DNA of 64,000 nucleotides from the IMG/VR virus record IMGVR_UViG_3300009159_000032. The stretch is one strand, 5' to 3'. The position numbers and the translations under genes are program-made. Positions within the stretch are counted from its first letter, which is position 1, and each line of letters begins with the position of its first letter. The DNA is from a virus. Under the pieces are notes generated by a model that ran no database searches, was not told the DNA's origin, and saw nothing but the letters and a program-made list of their open reading frames with translations. Shown piece by piece: positions 35,408-48,300 of the stretch.

Positions 35408-38400
35408 ATGGCCGTAGGTCGTATTACAGGCCCGCTACTCGCAAGCAATCTGCGAAGAGACGGTGTCGACATAGCGTTTGAAACAGATCTACTGTACCTT
35501 GATGTAGTCAATGGCCGTATTGGCATCAAGAAAGATACACCCCTATTCGAGTTAGATGTAAACGGCACAATCAACGCCCATAGGATAATTGTTAATACTG
35601 CCACTATTGGCCTAGTAACAATTACCAGTACTACTTCTAGTAGTACAATGTCCACAACATACGGACCAATCTCAATCATTCCAGGCGGAAATGATCAAAT
35701 TAATTTAGATGCAAATACTTTTGTTAAAGGCGATTTGCATGCCACCGGTGATATTACTGCTGACGGAAATATTCGATTAGGTGATACAACAGGCACTGAT
35801 ACACTGATAATTGATGCCGAAATCAAATCTGATGTGTTACCTTATATTAGCACAGGCTCAGTTGAATTTGTTGGAACAACCACCGCAACAATTTTTGTTA
35901 CTAACACTAACATAGTTTCTGAATTTAGTTTAGGTAATACTAGTTCTTATTGGAACAACTCATATTTAGAAAATATTTTTACACGCCAGATTGACACTGC
36001 TGGCACTGCAACTGATATACAATTCTTTCCAGACATTCCGTTATTAGAAAGAACACTGAATAAATCAGTGACCATTAATGGGGATATTCGTGTTTACGGC
36101 GGAAATCCAATTGGTACGTTCCCAGTTGTAAACAACATTCTATATGTAAATGAAAACGGTAGTGACGACAATGACGGCCGTGCAATGGACTCTAGTCGTG
36201 CATGCCGTACAATTACTGGAGCAACTAATAGTCCTTATTTTAAACAAGGCACAATTATTAGAGTAGCGCCGGGATACTACGCTGAAAATAATCCAATTAG
36301 ATTATTGCCATATACATCGGTAGTTGGAGACAGTCTTAGAGCAGTGTTTGTTGAAGCAATGAATAAGACAGTAGACTTGTTCCATGTTAATTCTGGAGTA
36401 TATATCACTGGTATGACTATGTTAAATCTTCGCAGAGGAGAAGTAACTAGATATGCACCAGGTGGTGCAGGAACTTATACTACAGGGGCATATTGTGTGG
36501 CCTTCCCCCCATTACTTGATGATCCTATTGATGTATTCCACAGTCCTTATATTCAAAACTGTACCAATCAATCAGGTCCTTGGTTGTATGACGGTACAAT
36601 GTTTTTACCAAATCAGACTGTACAAATTCCTTTAGTGGTTGCAACTTCAACTTATATTGCAAATACTACTTCATTATTAGTAACAATACAGCCAGAAATT
36701 ACTGCACAGCAACTAGAAATTGGAATGTCAGTTAACGGATCTGGAATAACAATTGACGTTGATGTACCCGTTGCTACAATTGAATCTATTGAAAATCCAA
36801 TTAATGGATATCGCTCTGCAAAATCATTACTAACTTTAAATAAAGAGTTCATTAAAGATGAAGTGATTGCTTATGTTTACAATACATTTCCTGGATTCAG
36901 TTTTGACGAAACTGTTTGTCGCAGAGACACAGGATATATTGTTAATGCACTGATAAATGATGCCATACTAGGTGGTAATCAACAAATAGTTGAAGCAGGC
37001 CGTGCATATTATGAAGGCAACGTTCAAATACTAGGTGACGAACTAGGCCCGACAATAGCTGCTTTTAGAAGAATTAAAGATATTTCTTTAGATATTGTTG
37101 ATAATGTTTCTGTAGTTAAAACTACAGGCAACTCTGCAACTCAAACTATTAACACTTCAACTACTGGTGGTGCAATAGCTCAAGAAAATATTGTCATGCT
37201 AATAGATTTATTAGTTGACATATTAGAAAATAATGCAGGTTATGAAAATGCTGCTGCATTACTTAACGCTAATCGAGGATTCATTCAAGCTGAGACAGTG
37301 GCATTTGTAAACGAAACTTATGTAGGACAGCCTCTACCAAGTTTTACATATGACAGAGGTAAATGTTTTAGAGATGTTGGGTACATTGTTGATGCTGTTG
37401 CTAATGATTTATTATACGGTGGTAACCAACAGTCTGTAGCAGCCGGTGTTGCTTATTGGACTGGAAATACTAGTTTAATACCTGGAGAAGTGGACGAAAC
37501 AATAGCAGGGTTTACATATCTTGCATCAATCGTTAGAGATATAGTTTTACAAAATGAATTCAAAGACGGATACCAAACAACGGTTACGCAGATAACAAAT
37601 TTAACCACAGGTAGTAATGCGGCTATTGAGTTAGTTGCTCGAAATGTTGGTATTATCAATGATATCTTAACTAACGGAGCAGACGCTGCACCAACTGTTA
37701 TTAATAATTCGTTAACGCCTAGTTCAATTCCTGGAGTTACTGCTAGTTACAATTTAATTGTTGCAAATAAAAATTTCCTACAACACGAAGTTGTCAAATA
37801 CATCGATGTCACGTTTACAAATTTAGATTTTGAATACAATGCTGTTAAGTGTGCTCGCGATACAGGATTAATTTTAGATGGGCTAGTATTAGACTTAGTT
37901 TATAACAGCAACAGTCAAAGTACGTTTGCTGGACTACAATATTGGGACCACGGTAGCACAGTGATTCCTGGAGAAGAAACAACTACAACAAACGCATTTG
38001 CATATTGTAAAACTGCAACTCAAGCATTGTTAGCAGCAAACACTTCTCTAAGTACATCGTCATCGATCTTATTAGGACAGAAATTTGATGTATTCTTAGG
38101 TATATTGAACACTGGAACTAATGGAGTAACTGATATTATTGTTCCTAACGGCGTCATTAATTCAATGTTACAGCCTGTGGTTGACTACATACAATCTGAA
38201 AAATTGAATATAATTCAAGATACTATTGATTGGATTGAAGCAAATAAAACTCCAGGATTCACTTATGACGATACAAAATGTCGAAGAGACATTGGCTATG
38301 TATTAGATTCAGTATGCATGGACATATTACGTGGCGGCAACAGACAAAGTGTACAAGCAGGTGTTTATTACTTTGGATATGACACAACCAGCACAGTACT

Positions 38401-41400
38401 AATTAACGAAATTCCTCAAACTAATGCAGCTTATAAGTTCATGAAATCGTTAATTGACAAAGTTGTACAACGAGTTACTGTTACAAAAACTTATCAATCA
38501 TTAGTTGAACAAAATACAGATCCTGTTGGAGCAACTGTACAAGAGTCTAGAGCAATTAGCAACAACATCGATCTGATTAGAGATATAATTAGAAAAGGAC
38601 CTGCGGCTGCTCCAGAAAGAACACCGTTACCATTAACCCCTACTACTTCGACTAACATTGCCCGTGCATACGACATACTAACTGTAAATAGAGATTTCAT
38701 TGTTGCAGAAGTAGTTGAATTTGTCAATGCAACTTTTATTCAACCATACGCATTTAATTATAATGAAAGCAAGTGTTTTAGAGATGTGGGATTAATTGTT
38801 GATTCTATTGCTACAGATATTATTCGTCGATCAAATACTAATTCATTAGAAGCAGGTTTAGCCTACTGGGACGGTGCAGTTAGTGTTATTGAAGGACAAT
38901 TAAAAGAAACATCTGGAGCAATTCAATATGCAAAAACAATAGCTCTAGATGTTATTGCAAATAATCCTGTTACAAGTTTCTATCAAAAGTCTGTAATTTA
39001 TACTATACCAGGCACTACCTCCACTACTAGTACTAGCGTAGTACAACAAAATATTAATTCTCAATTGCCAGGCGGAGAAGTTGCAAGAGATTTAGTGGAC
39101 AGTAACTTTAATGCAATTACTACCATTATACAGAATGGTCCTGCATACGCACCTACAAGTACAAATTCAACCCTTACACAATTTATTATTAATCTAAGCA
39201 CTGTAACTAATAGTTCAGCGGTAGAAGACATTTTATATTTTGGAGAAACTTCAGTTTACCCAGTTGAAGATAAAAAAATGCCAGGAGAGTGGAGTGAAGA
39301 CGGCTATGCTGACAGAAGAATTGATCCTAATGGTTCAGGCGGCGGCGCCCTAGTAGACGGAAATGCTCCATCTCGTCGTAGTCCAATTAATTCTTTTGTA
39401 TTTGATGCGTTTACACAAATTACTCAAGGCGGTCGAGGCATCCATATCATTAACGAAGGGTACGCACAGCTAGTATCTGTGTTTACAATTTTTTGTAATG
39501 TTGCCGTTGAAACTGCATCAGGCGGCATTGCTTCAATTACTAATTCAAACAATAACTTTGGTGACTTATGTTTGTTATCTACTGGTTACGGTTCAAGAAA
39601 GTTCGGCGGAACTATTTACAATCCGGCTAATCTTGCCTATAACGAATTAACTAATGCGTTTGAACCAAATGAATATTTCCCTCAAGGATATTTCCCAACC
39701 AATCAACAAGTATGTGTATTTGTTCCCGACCCTGCAAACAGACCTCACATTAGTTTAGTAATGGAAGTAGTTCCTCCTGATCAATATGTTAACTATGACG
39801 GTCAAACTGTTCCGTATGTTAACGAACAAGGATTCCCAGGATTCTTAACAGCAATTGTTAACACTTCAAGTCTAACAACCAGTAGTTATACCATTGAGGC
39901 AGTAGATGTTACAGGTGTTGCGGTTGGCCAAACTGTATACATACGTGACCAATTTGGCTATGAAGCAGACGACAACGGTGCAGGAACTCCATACTTATCA
40001 ACTGGTACTATAGTAATTGATGTAACATATCAAACCATTACTTTAAGCAATCCTATTCTTCAAGGCGGCGGCCAATATGCTAACAATAACTATTTTAATA
40101 TCTACTGTTGTGGCAATGCTTATTATAATGTTATCACAAGTAAAACTTCTGCAAGTCCTTATCCAACTGGACAGAGTAAAATTTTAGGACAAGAAACTGA
40201 GACGATTGACGCAGTTAATTACTTAAGAAACACTGCGATTTCTATAGTTAATAATCAACCCGTAAACGCGATTAACAACACTACAGAACAAACTTTTAAT
40301 TTATTAAAAACAGGCAACGGCACTGAATCGTTTATACAAGACCAATTAGGAATTATTACAAATGTGATACTTTCAGGACCTCAAGCAGCTCCTGCAGAAA
40401 CTACAACTGGTACACTATTAACTAATAGATCAGGAGCAATTAGCTTACTTGAAGCAAATAAAATTTTCTTACAAGATGAAGTAGTTGCATATACTGATAC
40501 AATATTTGGCGGATTTACATACGATGAAGGCAAGTGTTCAAGAGATACAAAATTAATTATTGATAGTATTGCTATAGATATGCTATATCCTGGAACAAGC
40601 CAAAGTACTTTTGCTGGCTTACAATATTGGGATCAAAGTGAAAGTGCAATACCTGGCGAAGAAACTACTACAACAAATGCTATTACCTATGCTAAGGGAC
40701 TAGCCGCAACAGTTGCATTAAGTGCAGGAGGATCAACTCCGTCTGGGATTGTTACTTCAAGATTTAACGATGTTTTAAGTATTATTGCATCTGGAACTGT
40801 AGGAATAACCGATGCTATTACATCTAACGGATTACCAAGTACTAATGTTAATACACTAGCAGCGTATACTGCTGTTGTTAATAATACATCAACTATTATT
40901 TCTCAAACGATTTCTTATATTAATTCTAATAATCCAGGATTTGTATATGATCAAACAAAGTGTCGTCGAGACTTACACTATATTTTAGATAGTGTAGCAT
41001 TTGATTTGAAACACGGCGGTAATAGACAGAGTGTAATGTCAGGAGTCTACTATTACAATTATAATAGTACTAGTACTGCTATCACTAACGAGATACCTCA
41101 GACAGTTGCTGCCTATAATTTTATTAAAGCAATTATTGGAGATGTAATTACAGGAACTCCTATATCACCAAAGTACCAAACAGTTGAAGTTCAGATAACA
41201 AACTTAACTCCGGCAACTGTCGCAGAGACCGCTACATTACAATCTAAAATTGATATAATTACAGACATCATTGCCAACGGCCCTGATGTTGCAGGACCAA
41301 AAGTTCCTGTAGGACTAACAATATCAGCAAACACTAGCACAGTAAATGCATTTAGTTTACTAATGGCTAACAAAAATTTTATTGCCGCAGAAGTAATTGC

Positions 41401-41929
41401 TTATATTGCAAATGAGTTTGGCGGCTTACAATACAACAAACAAAAATGTCGTAGAGATGTTGGCCTAATGATAGATGCATTGATTGCAGATTTATCTACT
41501 GGCGGAAACTTTAGAAGTGTTGAAGCAGCAAAAACATATTATAGCAAAGACGGAACATATCATATTGTTACATTAGAAGATAATGTAAGAAATCAATTAT
41601 TATTTGTTGACGGTAGTACAGTTAATTTCTATCAAAGAAGTTATCAAAGTGCCAGCGGTTACTTATTTGAATATTGCGGTGCAGGCACGCAGTACGGTGC
41701 ATTGCCTCAGGTAGGTAGAGTAGATCCAAATCAGACTAAAGAAGTAGTTCAGTTAAATAATGGTAAGGTGTTCTTTACCTCAACTGATCAAAACGGCGAT
41801 TTTAGAATCGGACCAACACTTGTTATTAGTCAAGCAACTGGTGTACTATCCGGAAGAACATTTGAAAAGAGTTTATTCGCACAGATGACCCCGTTCATCT
41901 TAGCGGTTGAAGCAGGTGGTGGAGAATAA
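35408..41929 (+). CDS. Giant virion structural protein with a segmented beta-helix-like domain and 8 CxRD-type repeats (2173 aa)
   Basis: ILYVNENGSDDNDG...IRVAPGYYAENNPI pectin-lyase-like start; repeats of the form YDxxKCxRDxGxxxD. Confidence 0.85.
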   Translation: MAVGRITGPLLASNLRRDGVDIAFETDLLYLDVVNGRIGIKKDTPLFELDVNGTINAHRIIVNTATIGLVTITSTTSSSTMSTTYGPISIIPGGNDQINLDANTFVKGDLHATGDITADGNIRLGDTTGTDTLIIDAEIKSDVLPYISTGSVEFVGTTTATIFVTNTNIVSEFSLGNTSSYWNNSYLENIFTRQIDTAGTATDIQFFPDIPLLERTLNKSVTINGDIRVYGGNPIGTFPVVNNILYVNENGSDDNDGRAMDSSRACRTITGATNSPYFKQGTIIRVAPGYYAENNPIRLLPYTSVVGDSLRAVFVEAMNKTVDLFHVNSGVYITGMTMLNLRRGEVTRYAPGGAGTYTTGAYCVAFPPLLDDPIDVFHSPYIQNCTNQSGPWLYDGTMFLPNQTVQIPLVVATSTYIANTTSLLVTIQPEITAQQLEIGMSVNGSGITIDVDVPVATIESIENPINGYRSAKSLLTLNKEFIKDEVIAYVYNTFPGFSFDETVCRRDTGYIVNALINDAILGGNQQIVEAGRAYYEGNVQILGDELGPTIAAFRRIKDISLDIVDNVSVVKTTGNSATQTINTSTTGGAIAQENIVMLIDLLVDILENNAGYENAAALLNANRGFIQAETVAFVNETYVGQPLPSFTYDRGKCFRDVGYIVDAVANDLLYGGNQQSVAAGVAYWTGNTSLIPGEVDETIAGFTYLASIVRDIVLQNEFKDGYQTTVTQITNLTTGSNAAIELVARNVGIINDILTNGADAAPTVINNSLTPSSIPGVTASYNLIVANKNFLQHEVVKYIDVTFTNLDFEYNAVKCARDTGLILDGLVLDLVYNSNSQSTFAGLQYWDHGSTVIPGEETTTTNAFAYCKTATQALLAANTSLSTSSSILLGQKFDVFLGILNTGTNGVTDIIVPNGVINSMLQPVVDYIQSEKLNIIQDTIDWIEANKTPGFTYDDTKCRRDIGYVLDSVCMDILRGGNRQSVQAGVYYFGYDTTSTVLINEIPQTNAAYKFMKSLIDKVVQRVTVTKTYQSLVEQNTDPVGATVQESRAISNNIDLIRDIIRKGPAAAPERTPLPLTPTTSTNIARAYDILTVNRDFIVAEVVEFVNATFIQPYAFNYNESKCFRDVGLIVDSIATDIIRRSNTNSLEAGLAYWDGAVSVIEGQLKETSGAIQYAKTIALDVIANNPVTSFYQKSVIYTIPGTTSTTSTSVVQQNINSQLPGGEVARDLVDSNFNAITTIIQNGPAYAPTSTNSTLTQFIINLSTVTNSSAVEDILYFGETSVYPVEDKKMPGEWSEDGYADRRIDPNGSGGGALVDGNAPSRRSPINSFVFDAFTQITQGGRGIHIINEGYAQLVSVFTIFCNVAVETASGGIASITNSNNNFGDLCLLSTGYGSRKFGGTIYNPANLAYNELTNAFEPNEYFPQGYFPTNQQVCVFVPDPANRPHISLVMEVVPPDQYVNYDGQTVPYVNEQGFPGFLTAIVNTSSLTTSSYTIEAVDVTGVAVGQTVYIRDQFGYEADDNGAGTPYLSTGTIVIDVTYQTITLSNPILQGGGQYANNNYFNIYCCGNAYYNVITSKTSASPYPTGQSKILGQETETIDAVNYLRNTAISIVNNQPVNAINNTTEQTFNLLKTGNGTESFIQDQLGIITNVILSGPQAAPAETTTGTLLTNRSGAISLLEANKIFLQDEVVAYTDTIFGGFTYDEGKCSRDTKLIIDSIAIDMLYPGTSQSTFAGLQYWDQSESAIPGEETTTTNAITYAKGLAATVALSAGGSTPSGIVTSRFNDVLSIIASGTVGITDAITSNGLPSTNVNTLAAYTAVVNNTSTIISQTISYINSNNPGFVYDQTKCRRDLHYILDSVAFDLKHGGNRQSVMSGVYYYNYNSTSTAITNEIPQTVAAYNFIKAIIGDVITGTPISPKYQTVEVQITNLTPATVAETATLQSKIDIITDIIANGPDVAGPKVPVGLTISANTSTVNAFSLLMANKNFIAAEVIAYIANEFGGLQYNKQKCRRDVGLMIDALIADLSTGGNFRSVEAAKTYYSKDGTYHIVTLEDNVRNQLLFVDGSTVNFYQRSYQSASGYLFEYCGAGTQYGALPQVGRVDPNQTKEVVQLNNGKVFFTSTDQNGDFRIGPTLVISQATGVLSGRTFEKSLFAQMTPFILAVEAGGGE

Positions 41930-41940
41930 AGGAGATATAA

Positions 41941-42327
41941 ATGGCATTAATTCCATTAAACACGTTTAAGACAAAGACAAAAGTATTAGATACAAATACA
42001 ACAGCAACAGCATACGTAGCACCTATTGGTGTCACTAGCATTGTACTCATGGCACAGGTTGCTAATGTTGATGCAAACAATGCACATACAATTACATTCA
42101 GTCATCATAGACGATTTAGAGTGTTGCCCGATGCACAGGGTAACAATGCTCAGGATCCAAATGTGACAACAGAATTGGTTATGGATTTTGAAGTTCCGCC
42201 AAATGATTCTGCTAGTTTAATTACAGGTAAAATGATTTTAGAAGCACAAGACAGCATTAGAGCATATTCTGACACAGCTGGTACAATGAAATTAGTATTA
42301 AGTATTCTTGAAACAGCTAATAACTAA
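41941..42327 (+). CDS. Small virion structural protein (128 aa), likely homolog of 34234-34554
   Basis: AAGGAG RBS; YVAPIGVTSIVLMAQVANV...EVPPNDSASL...ILEAQDSIRA. Confidence 0.75.
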   Translation: MALIPLNTFKTKTKVLDTNTTATAYVAPIGVTSIVLMAQVANVDANNAHTITFSHHRRFRVLPDAQGNNAQDPNVTTELVMDFEVPPNDSASLITGKMILEAQDSIRAYSDTAGTMKLVLSILETANN

Positions 42328-42349
42328 GATATTTTAAAAGAGAAATCTG

Positions 42350-45300
42350 ATGCCACGTTTATTAAGTAATAGAAAACCAGTTCTTCGACCTGAAGATCTA
42401 AAAGCAGATAGATGGGATTATTTAAATCTCCAGAATGCCCAGCCTGCATTGGGTTTGGCACCTGCTAATAATGCTGGCTATACTTTGCAAACAGATGCAG
42501 ACGGAAAAGTTACATGGTCTGATACATTAGGTCGTTTACAATTTGAAAATCAAATTATTGGAGCTACAGAACAAAACGTCGATATTGAAATCACTAGTTT
42601 AGATACTAATTCTGATATTGTATTATCTCCTTACCAACAAGTCAGAATTCGTGGCGATCTAGCAGTAGATCAAAATGTAGAAATTACCGGCGACATAACA
42701 GTTACTGGAAATCCGTTAGGTACTTTTCCTATCAATGACAGAACTTTGTATGTTACTCCTAACGGTGATGACCGCAATGACGGAACAGCACTCGATGCTA
42801 GCCGTGCTTGCCGTACAATTAGCGGTGCTGTTCGCAGCCCTTTCTATACAGAAGGTACTACTATTAAGGTAGCAGCCGGTGTATATTTTGAAGATAATCC
42901 TATTCCTCTAAAGAGAGATAGTTCTGTTTTAGGTAACGATTTAAGAACAACATTTGTTGAACCTTTAAACAAAGATTTAGATTTATTCCATGTAAATTCT
43001 GGTGTATATATTGCACAGATGCAGATGCGTAATCTACGTAGAGGTGCTGTAGAAAGATACGCACCAGGCGGCGCTGGAACTTATACTACAGGTGCTTACT
43101 GTGCAGCATTTCCTCCTAATTTAGAAAATCCTATTAACGTATATCATAGTCCGTACATTCAAAACTGTACCAACCAATCAGGTCCCTGGTTAAAAGATGG
43201 TACAATGTTTGTACCTAATCAAATTGTACAAATTCCTGTAGGTGCCGGCACTTCAACTTGGGTAGCAAATGTTAATACTATTACTGTAACTCTTTTTACT
43301 GGCACAGTTGCAGTTGGTATGGCAGTTAATGATGCTGCCAACGAAGGTTATAGAAATGCTCAACTGTTATTGCAGGCTAACAAGCAATTTTTACAAAGTC
43401 AAACAGTGGCCTATGTTAATGACACATATCCTCTATTAGATTATAACGAAGCACTCTGTTATCGAGATGTAGGTTATATTATTGATGCAGTTTCAGGTGA
43501 TGCTAGATTTGGCGGCAATAAACGAAGTATTGAAGCCGGCCTAGCTTATTGGAGAGGCAATATTAGTTTAATTGAAGGACAACAAAACGAAACTGCCGAT
43601 GCTATCAATTATCTACGTGACGTAAGTTTAGAAATTATCACCAACACTACTGTTACAAACATTTTTAACACGTTGACCAATCAGGTTCTTAATTTAAATT
43701 ACGACAAAGGTGCAGTTGTTTCAACTCGAGTATCTAGTAGTTTTGGAGTAATAACTTCAATTATACAAAACGGTGAAGGTGCTGTTCCAAATACCGTTGA
43801 AGATTTGTACGGATTAATTTACCCAAGCGGCTTAAGTCCTAACAGTCCAAATTCTGCATCTACAATTACTTCGATTACTACGGTTACTACAGGCACTTAC
43901 TTAATAACATTAAGTACTGCCACAGTATCACCTAGCGACAATGCTACATTGTATTTTGGGGAAACATCAGTTTATCCTTTCTTAGATGCTGATATACCAA
44001 GTGAGTGGACATTAGCAGACGCCGACGGCATATTTGCAGATCGTCGACTAGATCCTAACGGGTCAGGCGGTGGTGCCCTAGTAGACGGCAATGCACCATC
44101 ATTGATCTCTCCAATTCAATCGTTTGTTTTTGATGCGTTTACACAATTAAATCAAGGCGGTATTGGCATCCATATTATTAATAATGGATATGCACAGCTA
44201 GTATCTGTGTTTACTATTTTCTGTTCCAACTCAGTGTTAGTTGAAAATGGCGGCATTGCTTCTATTACCAACTCCAACGCCAACTTTGGTGATCAATGCT
44301 TGACTGCAAAAGGCCTAGGTAAATTGGCCTTTCAAGGATTTGTTCGCAACCCTGCATATCCAACTAATGTACCAAACGGAGAATACTATCCTTTAGGTTA
44401 TTGGCCAAACAAACAACAAATGGAAGTGTTTATCCCTAGTGATCGGGATAGACCCCACATCGGTCAAGTTATGGAAGTTGTTCCTCCAGATACATACAGA
44501 AATTATGAAGGTCAACGAGTTCCATTTATAAACGAAGCAGGATACCCCGGTTACCTAGCGGTCGTTGCAAATACGTCAACCATTTCCACTGGAAGTTATA
44601 CAATTAATGATATTGATGTTACAAGTATTGCTGTAGGTCATACGCTATATGTTCGAGATGTATTAGGAAATGAAACTAGTCCAGAAAACGGACAGCCATA
44701 TGTGACTACAGGTACACAAGTTGTTGATGTTAACTTCAGAAGTGTAACATTAGACAGACCAATATTAACTGGTTATTCAGACCCTGACAATTTTTCAAAT
44801 TATTTTAATTTATATTTTTGCGGGAATGCTTATTACACAGTGTTATCGAGTCAAATAGATTATTCGTTATCAACAACAGTAACTAATCAATCAACACTTG
44901 TTCCGGGACAAGAAACTACTACATCATTAGCAATTAGTTATGCTAAAAATCTTGCAACAAGAGTAATTCAAAATATTCCAGTAGACGGTTTTGTCTACGA
45001 CATTGACCAATGTGAAAGAGATACTGGATTAATTGTTGACAGTATTGCTCTTGATACGTTATATCCCACACCTGAATTCAGTCAAAGTAATTTTGCTGGA
45101 TTACAATACTGGAATCAAGATCGATACATAGGAACAATTGGCAATGAAATTACCACAACAACAAATGCTATAAGATATGTAAAACAACTAGCACAGAAAA
45201 TTGTTCAAGGCATTACCACAGGCACACGTTATCAAAGCACAGTGACTCAAATTACAAGTTCTACAGTTGCAAGCCTAACTGAAGCAACTGTTGTTGCCAA

Positions 45301-48300
45301 CGATTTTGAAGTTATTATAGATATTCTTGTAGATGGAATAGCCGGAGTGACTGACAAAATCGTTACTAACGGAGTTATTTCTACATCCACAGGAACCTTA
45401 ACGGCCTATAATTTACTTACCGCTAATAAAAACTATATACAAAGAGAAGCAGTAGCATACGTGGAATCTACTAAAACACCTGGATTCGTTTATGATCAGG
45501 CCAAGTGTCTACGTGACGTAGGGTATATGGTTGACAGCGTTGCATTTGATTTATTAAGACCAAACAATAACAAAACACCAAGCAATAAGCAAGCGATTCA
45601 AAGTGGAGTATTATATTACGGATATAATTCTACTTCGTCACAAATTACAGGTCAGATTCCTCAAACAATTCAAGCATTTACATATATTAAAGACCTTGTG
45701 CCTTATATTGTACAAGGTATTACTACTTCAACACCTTACCAAGATTATGTTACACAAGTTGTTAATTTAACCACAGCTTCGTATGGAATTGTGCCCACAA
45801 TTCAAAATTATCTTGATCATATCATAATGATTATTGATATGGGTCCTAGTATGGCCAATGCTAGTGTTCCAATTAGCCTTACTAAATCTGTAAGTCCAAA
45901 TGCACAAGCTGCTTATGATCTGCTAAAAGCAAATACAGAATTTATCAAAGCAGAATTAACAGCCTTTATTAATTTTCAAAATCCATTAGGCCCTTATCAA
46001 TCTGAATATCCTCAGGTATTTGATGCTGAATTAACAGGCGGAAGTAATGGTGTTACATCAGTTATTGATAAATTTGATATTATTTCTAACATAGTTAAAG
46101 ATGGTTCCGAAAGCAGCCCTCCTATACAACGTCCAAGACAGTATGTAACTACGGATCAAGGTGTTTTAAATGCCAAAAAACTATTAGATAAAAATCGTTT
46201 GTTTATTCAAGCAGAAACAGTAGCGTATGTTGACAGTCTGTGGCCTAGTAAATTTAGTTACGACCCGGCCAAGTGTTCACGAGATACAGGTTTAATTGTT
46301 GACGCACTGGCTCAAGACTTGTTATTCGACGGCACAAGTCAAAGTGCATTTGCAGGTATTCAATACTGGAATCAAGGTTTAACTGTTATTCCTGGAGAAC
46401 AGACTACAACTACCAATGCTATCAAATACTTAAAGACTGTAGCACAAAAAGTTATTACAAATAATACATCGTCATATCGATATCAAAATACTGTAACACA
46501 AATTGTAAGTACAGTCACTAGCTCTACAGCAGCCATTTCGTTAGTACTAGGAACAAAATTTGATGTAATAACTGATATATTGACTAATGGTACTGAGGGA
46601 ATTACAGATAGAATTATACCAAATAGTTTAGAAGCAAGCACAACTGTTCCTGTAACATCCGCATATAGTTTGTTACAGTCTAACAAAGAATACCTACAAC
46701 ACGAAGTTGTAGCATGGGTTGAAGCAAATGCAAACTTTGTTTACGATTCTGTTAAATGTGCTAGAGATACAGGATTAATTGTTGATGCAATTGCCTTAGA
46801 CTTACTATATCCAACTACGCACGATAGTCAAAGTACATTTGCTGGTTTACAATATTGGAATCAAGGAAATTACACAGGAGATATTCTTAACGAACTAACA
46901 ACTACAACTAATGCTATCATTTATCTAAGTGGCCTAGCACAAAAAGTTGTGGTTAACAATAAGTCTGGAACTCGTTATCAAAATACTTTAACACAAACAA
47001 CTTCTACGCTGGTAGCAACTGCCGGCGAAGCCGCAATCATCGGTAATGACTTTGGTGTTATTATCAATATTTTAAACACAGGTACTGCTGGCGTAACTGA
47101 TATTATAGTACCTAACGGTAGATCAAGTATCAATACTGCTACAATAAATGCTTATAATTTATTGTTGTCAAATAAAGATTATTTGATAGCAGAAACTATT
47201 GCCTACGTAGAAGCAAATAAAGCTCCCGGGTTTGTTTATAGTAAAACTAAGTGTGCTCGTGATACTGGTTATATGATCGACAGTGTTGCGTTTGATTTAC
47301 TACATGGCGGTAATAAACAAGCTGTGCAAAGCGGAGTGTTATACTATGCTCATCTAAGTACTAGCACTGCGATTGTAGGAGAAATACCTCAAACAACAGC
47401 AGCATATAATAGAATTAGAGAAATATTACCAAATATTTTAAACGGTATAGAAATTACACCGAGTGTAGGCAATACTACTCAACAAATTGTATATATGTTG
47501 CCCGCTAGTGCTACACAAATTGCAAAAGCACAAGCTAAAGTTGATAAAATTACAAATATTATTAACAATGGACCAATTGTTGCATCAACACTGACATCAA
47601 TAAGTCTAACTGCCAGTGCAGATCCTTATGCAGATTGTGCATATGATATACTTGTGGCCAATAGAGAGTTTATTAAAGACGAAATTATTGCATATATTGA
47701 CAGTAATTTTACAGGATTCTCTTATGATAAAGTTAAATGTTTCCGTGATGTAGGCTATATGATTGACAGTGTGTCATTTGATTTATTATATGGCGGTAAT
47801 AAACAATCAATTCAAAGCGGAGTTTATTATTACGGATATGACAGTACTAGTACTGCCATCGTAGGTGAAATTCCTCAAACAACTAGTGCTTATAACTTCA
47901 TTGAGCAGATTGTTGGCGATATTGTAACAGGAACATTAATTACTGATCCTCAACAAACTACTGTTGCCCAGATAACTAGTTTGAATTATACTTACAATCA
48001 AAACAAATGTGAAAGAGACACAGGTATTTTAGTTGACAGTTTTGTAACAGATTTATTGTTTAGAGGTAATGGCTATACTCAAAGTAACTTCTCTGGCTTG
48101 CAGTACTGGAATCAGAGCGGCTATACAGGTGATATTAGAAATGAAATCACTACTACAACTAATGCAATTAAGTTTTTAAGTTCTTTAGCACAACAAGTAG
48201 TTGTTAACAACACTTCTACTAGTACAGTTGTTAGATATCAAAACACTGTTTCTCAAGTTACTAATTTAACTACAGCAACTTATGATCAAGTTTATCGTAT

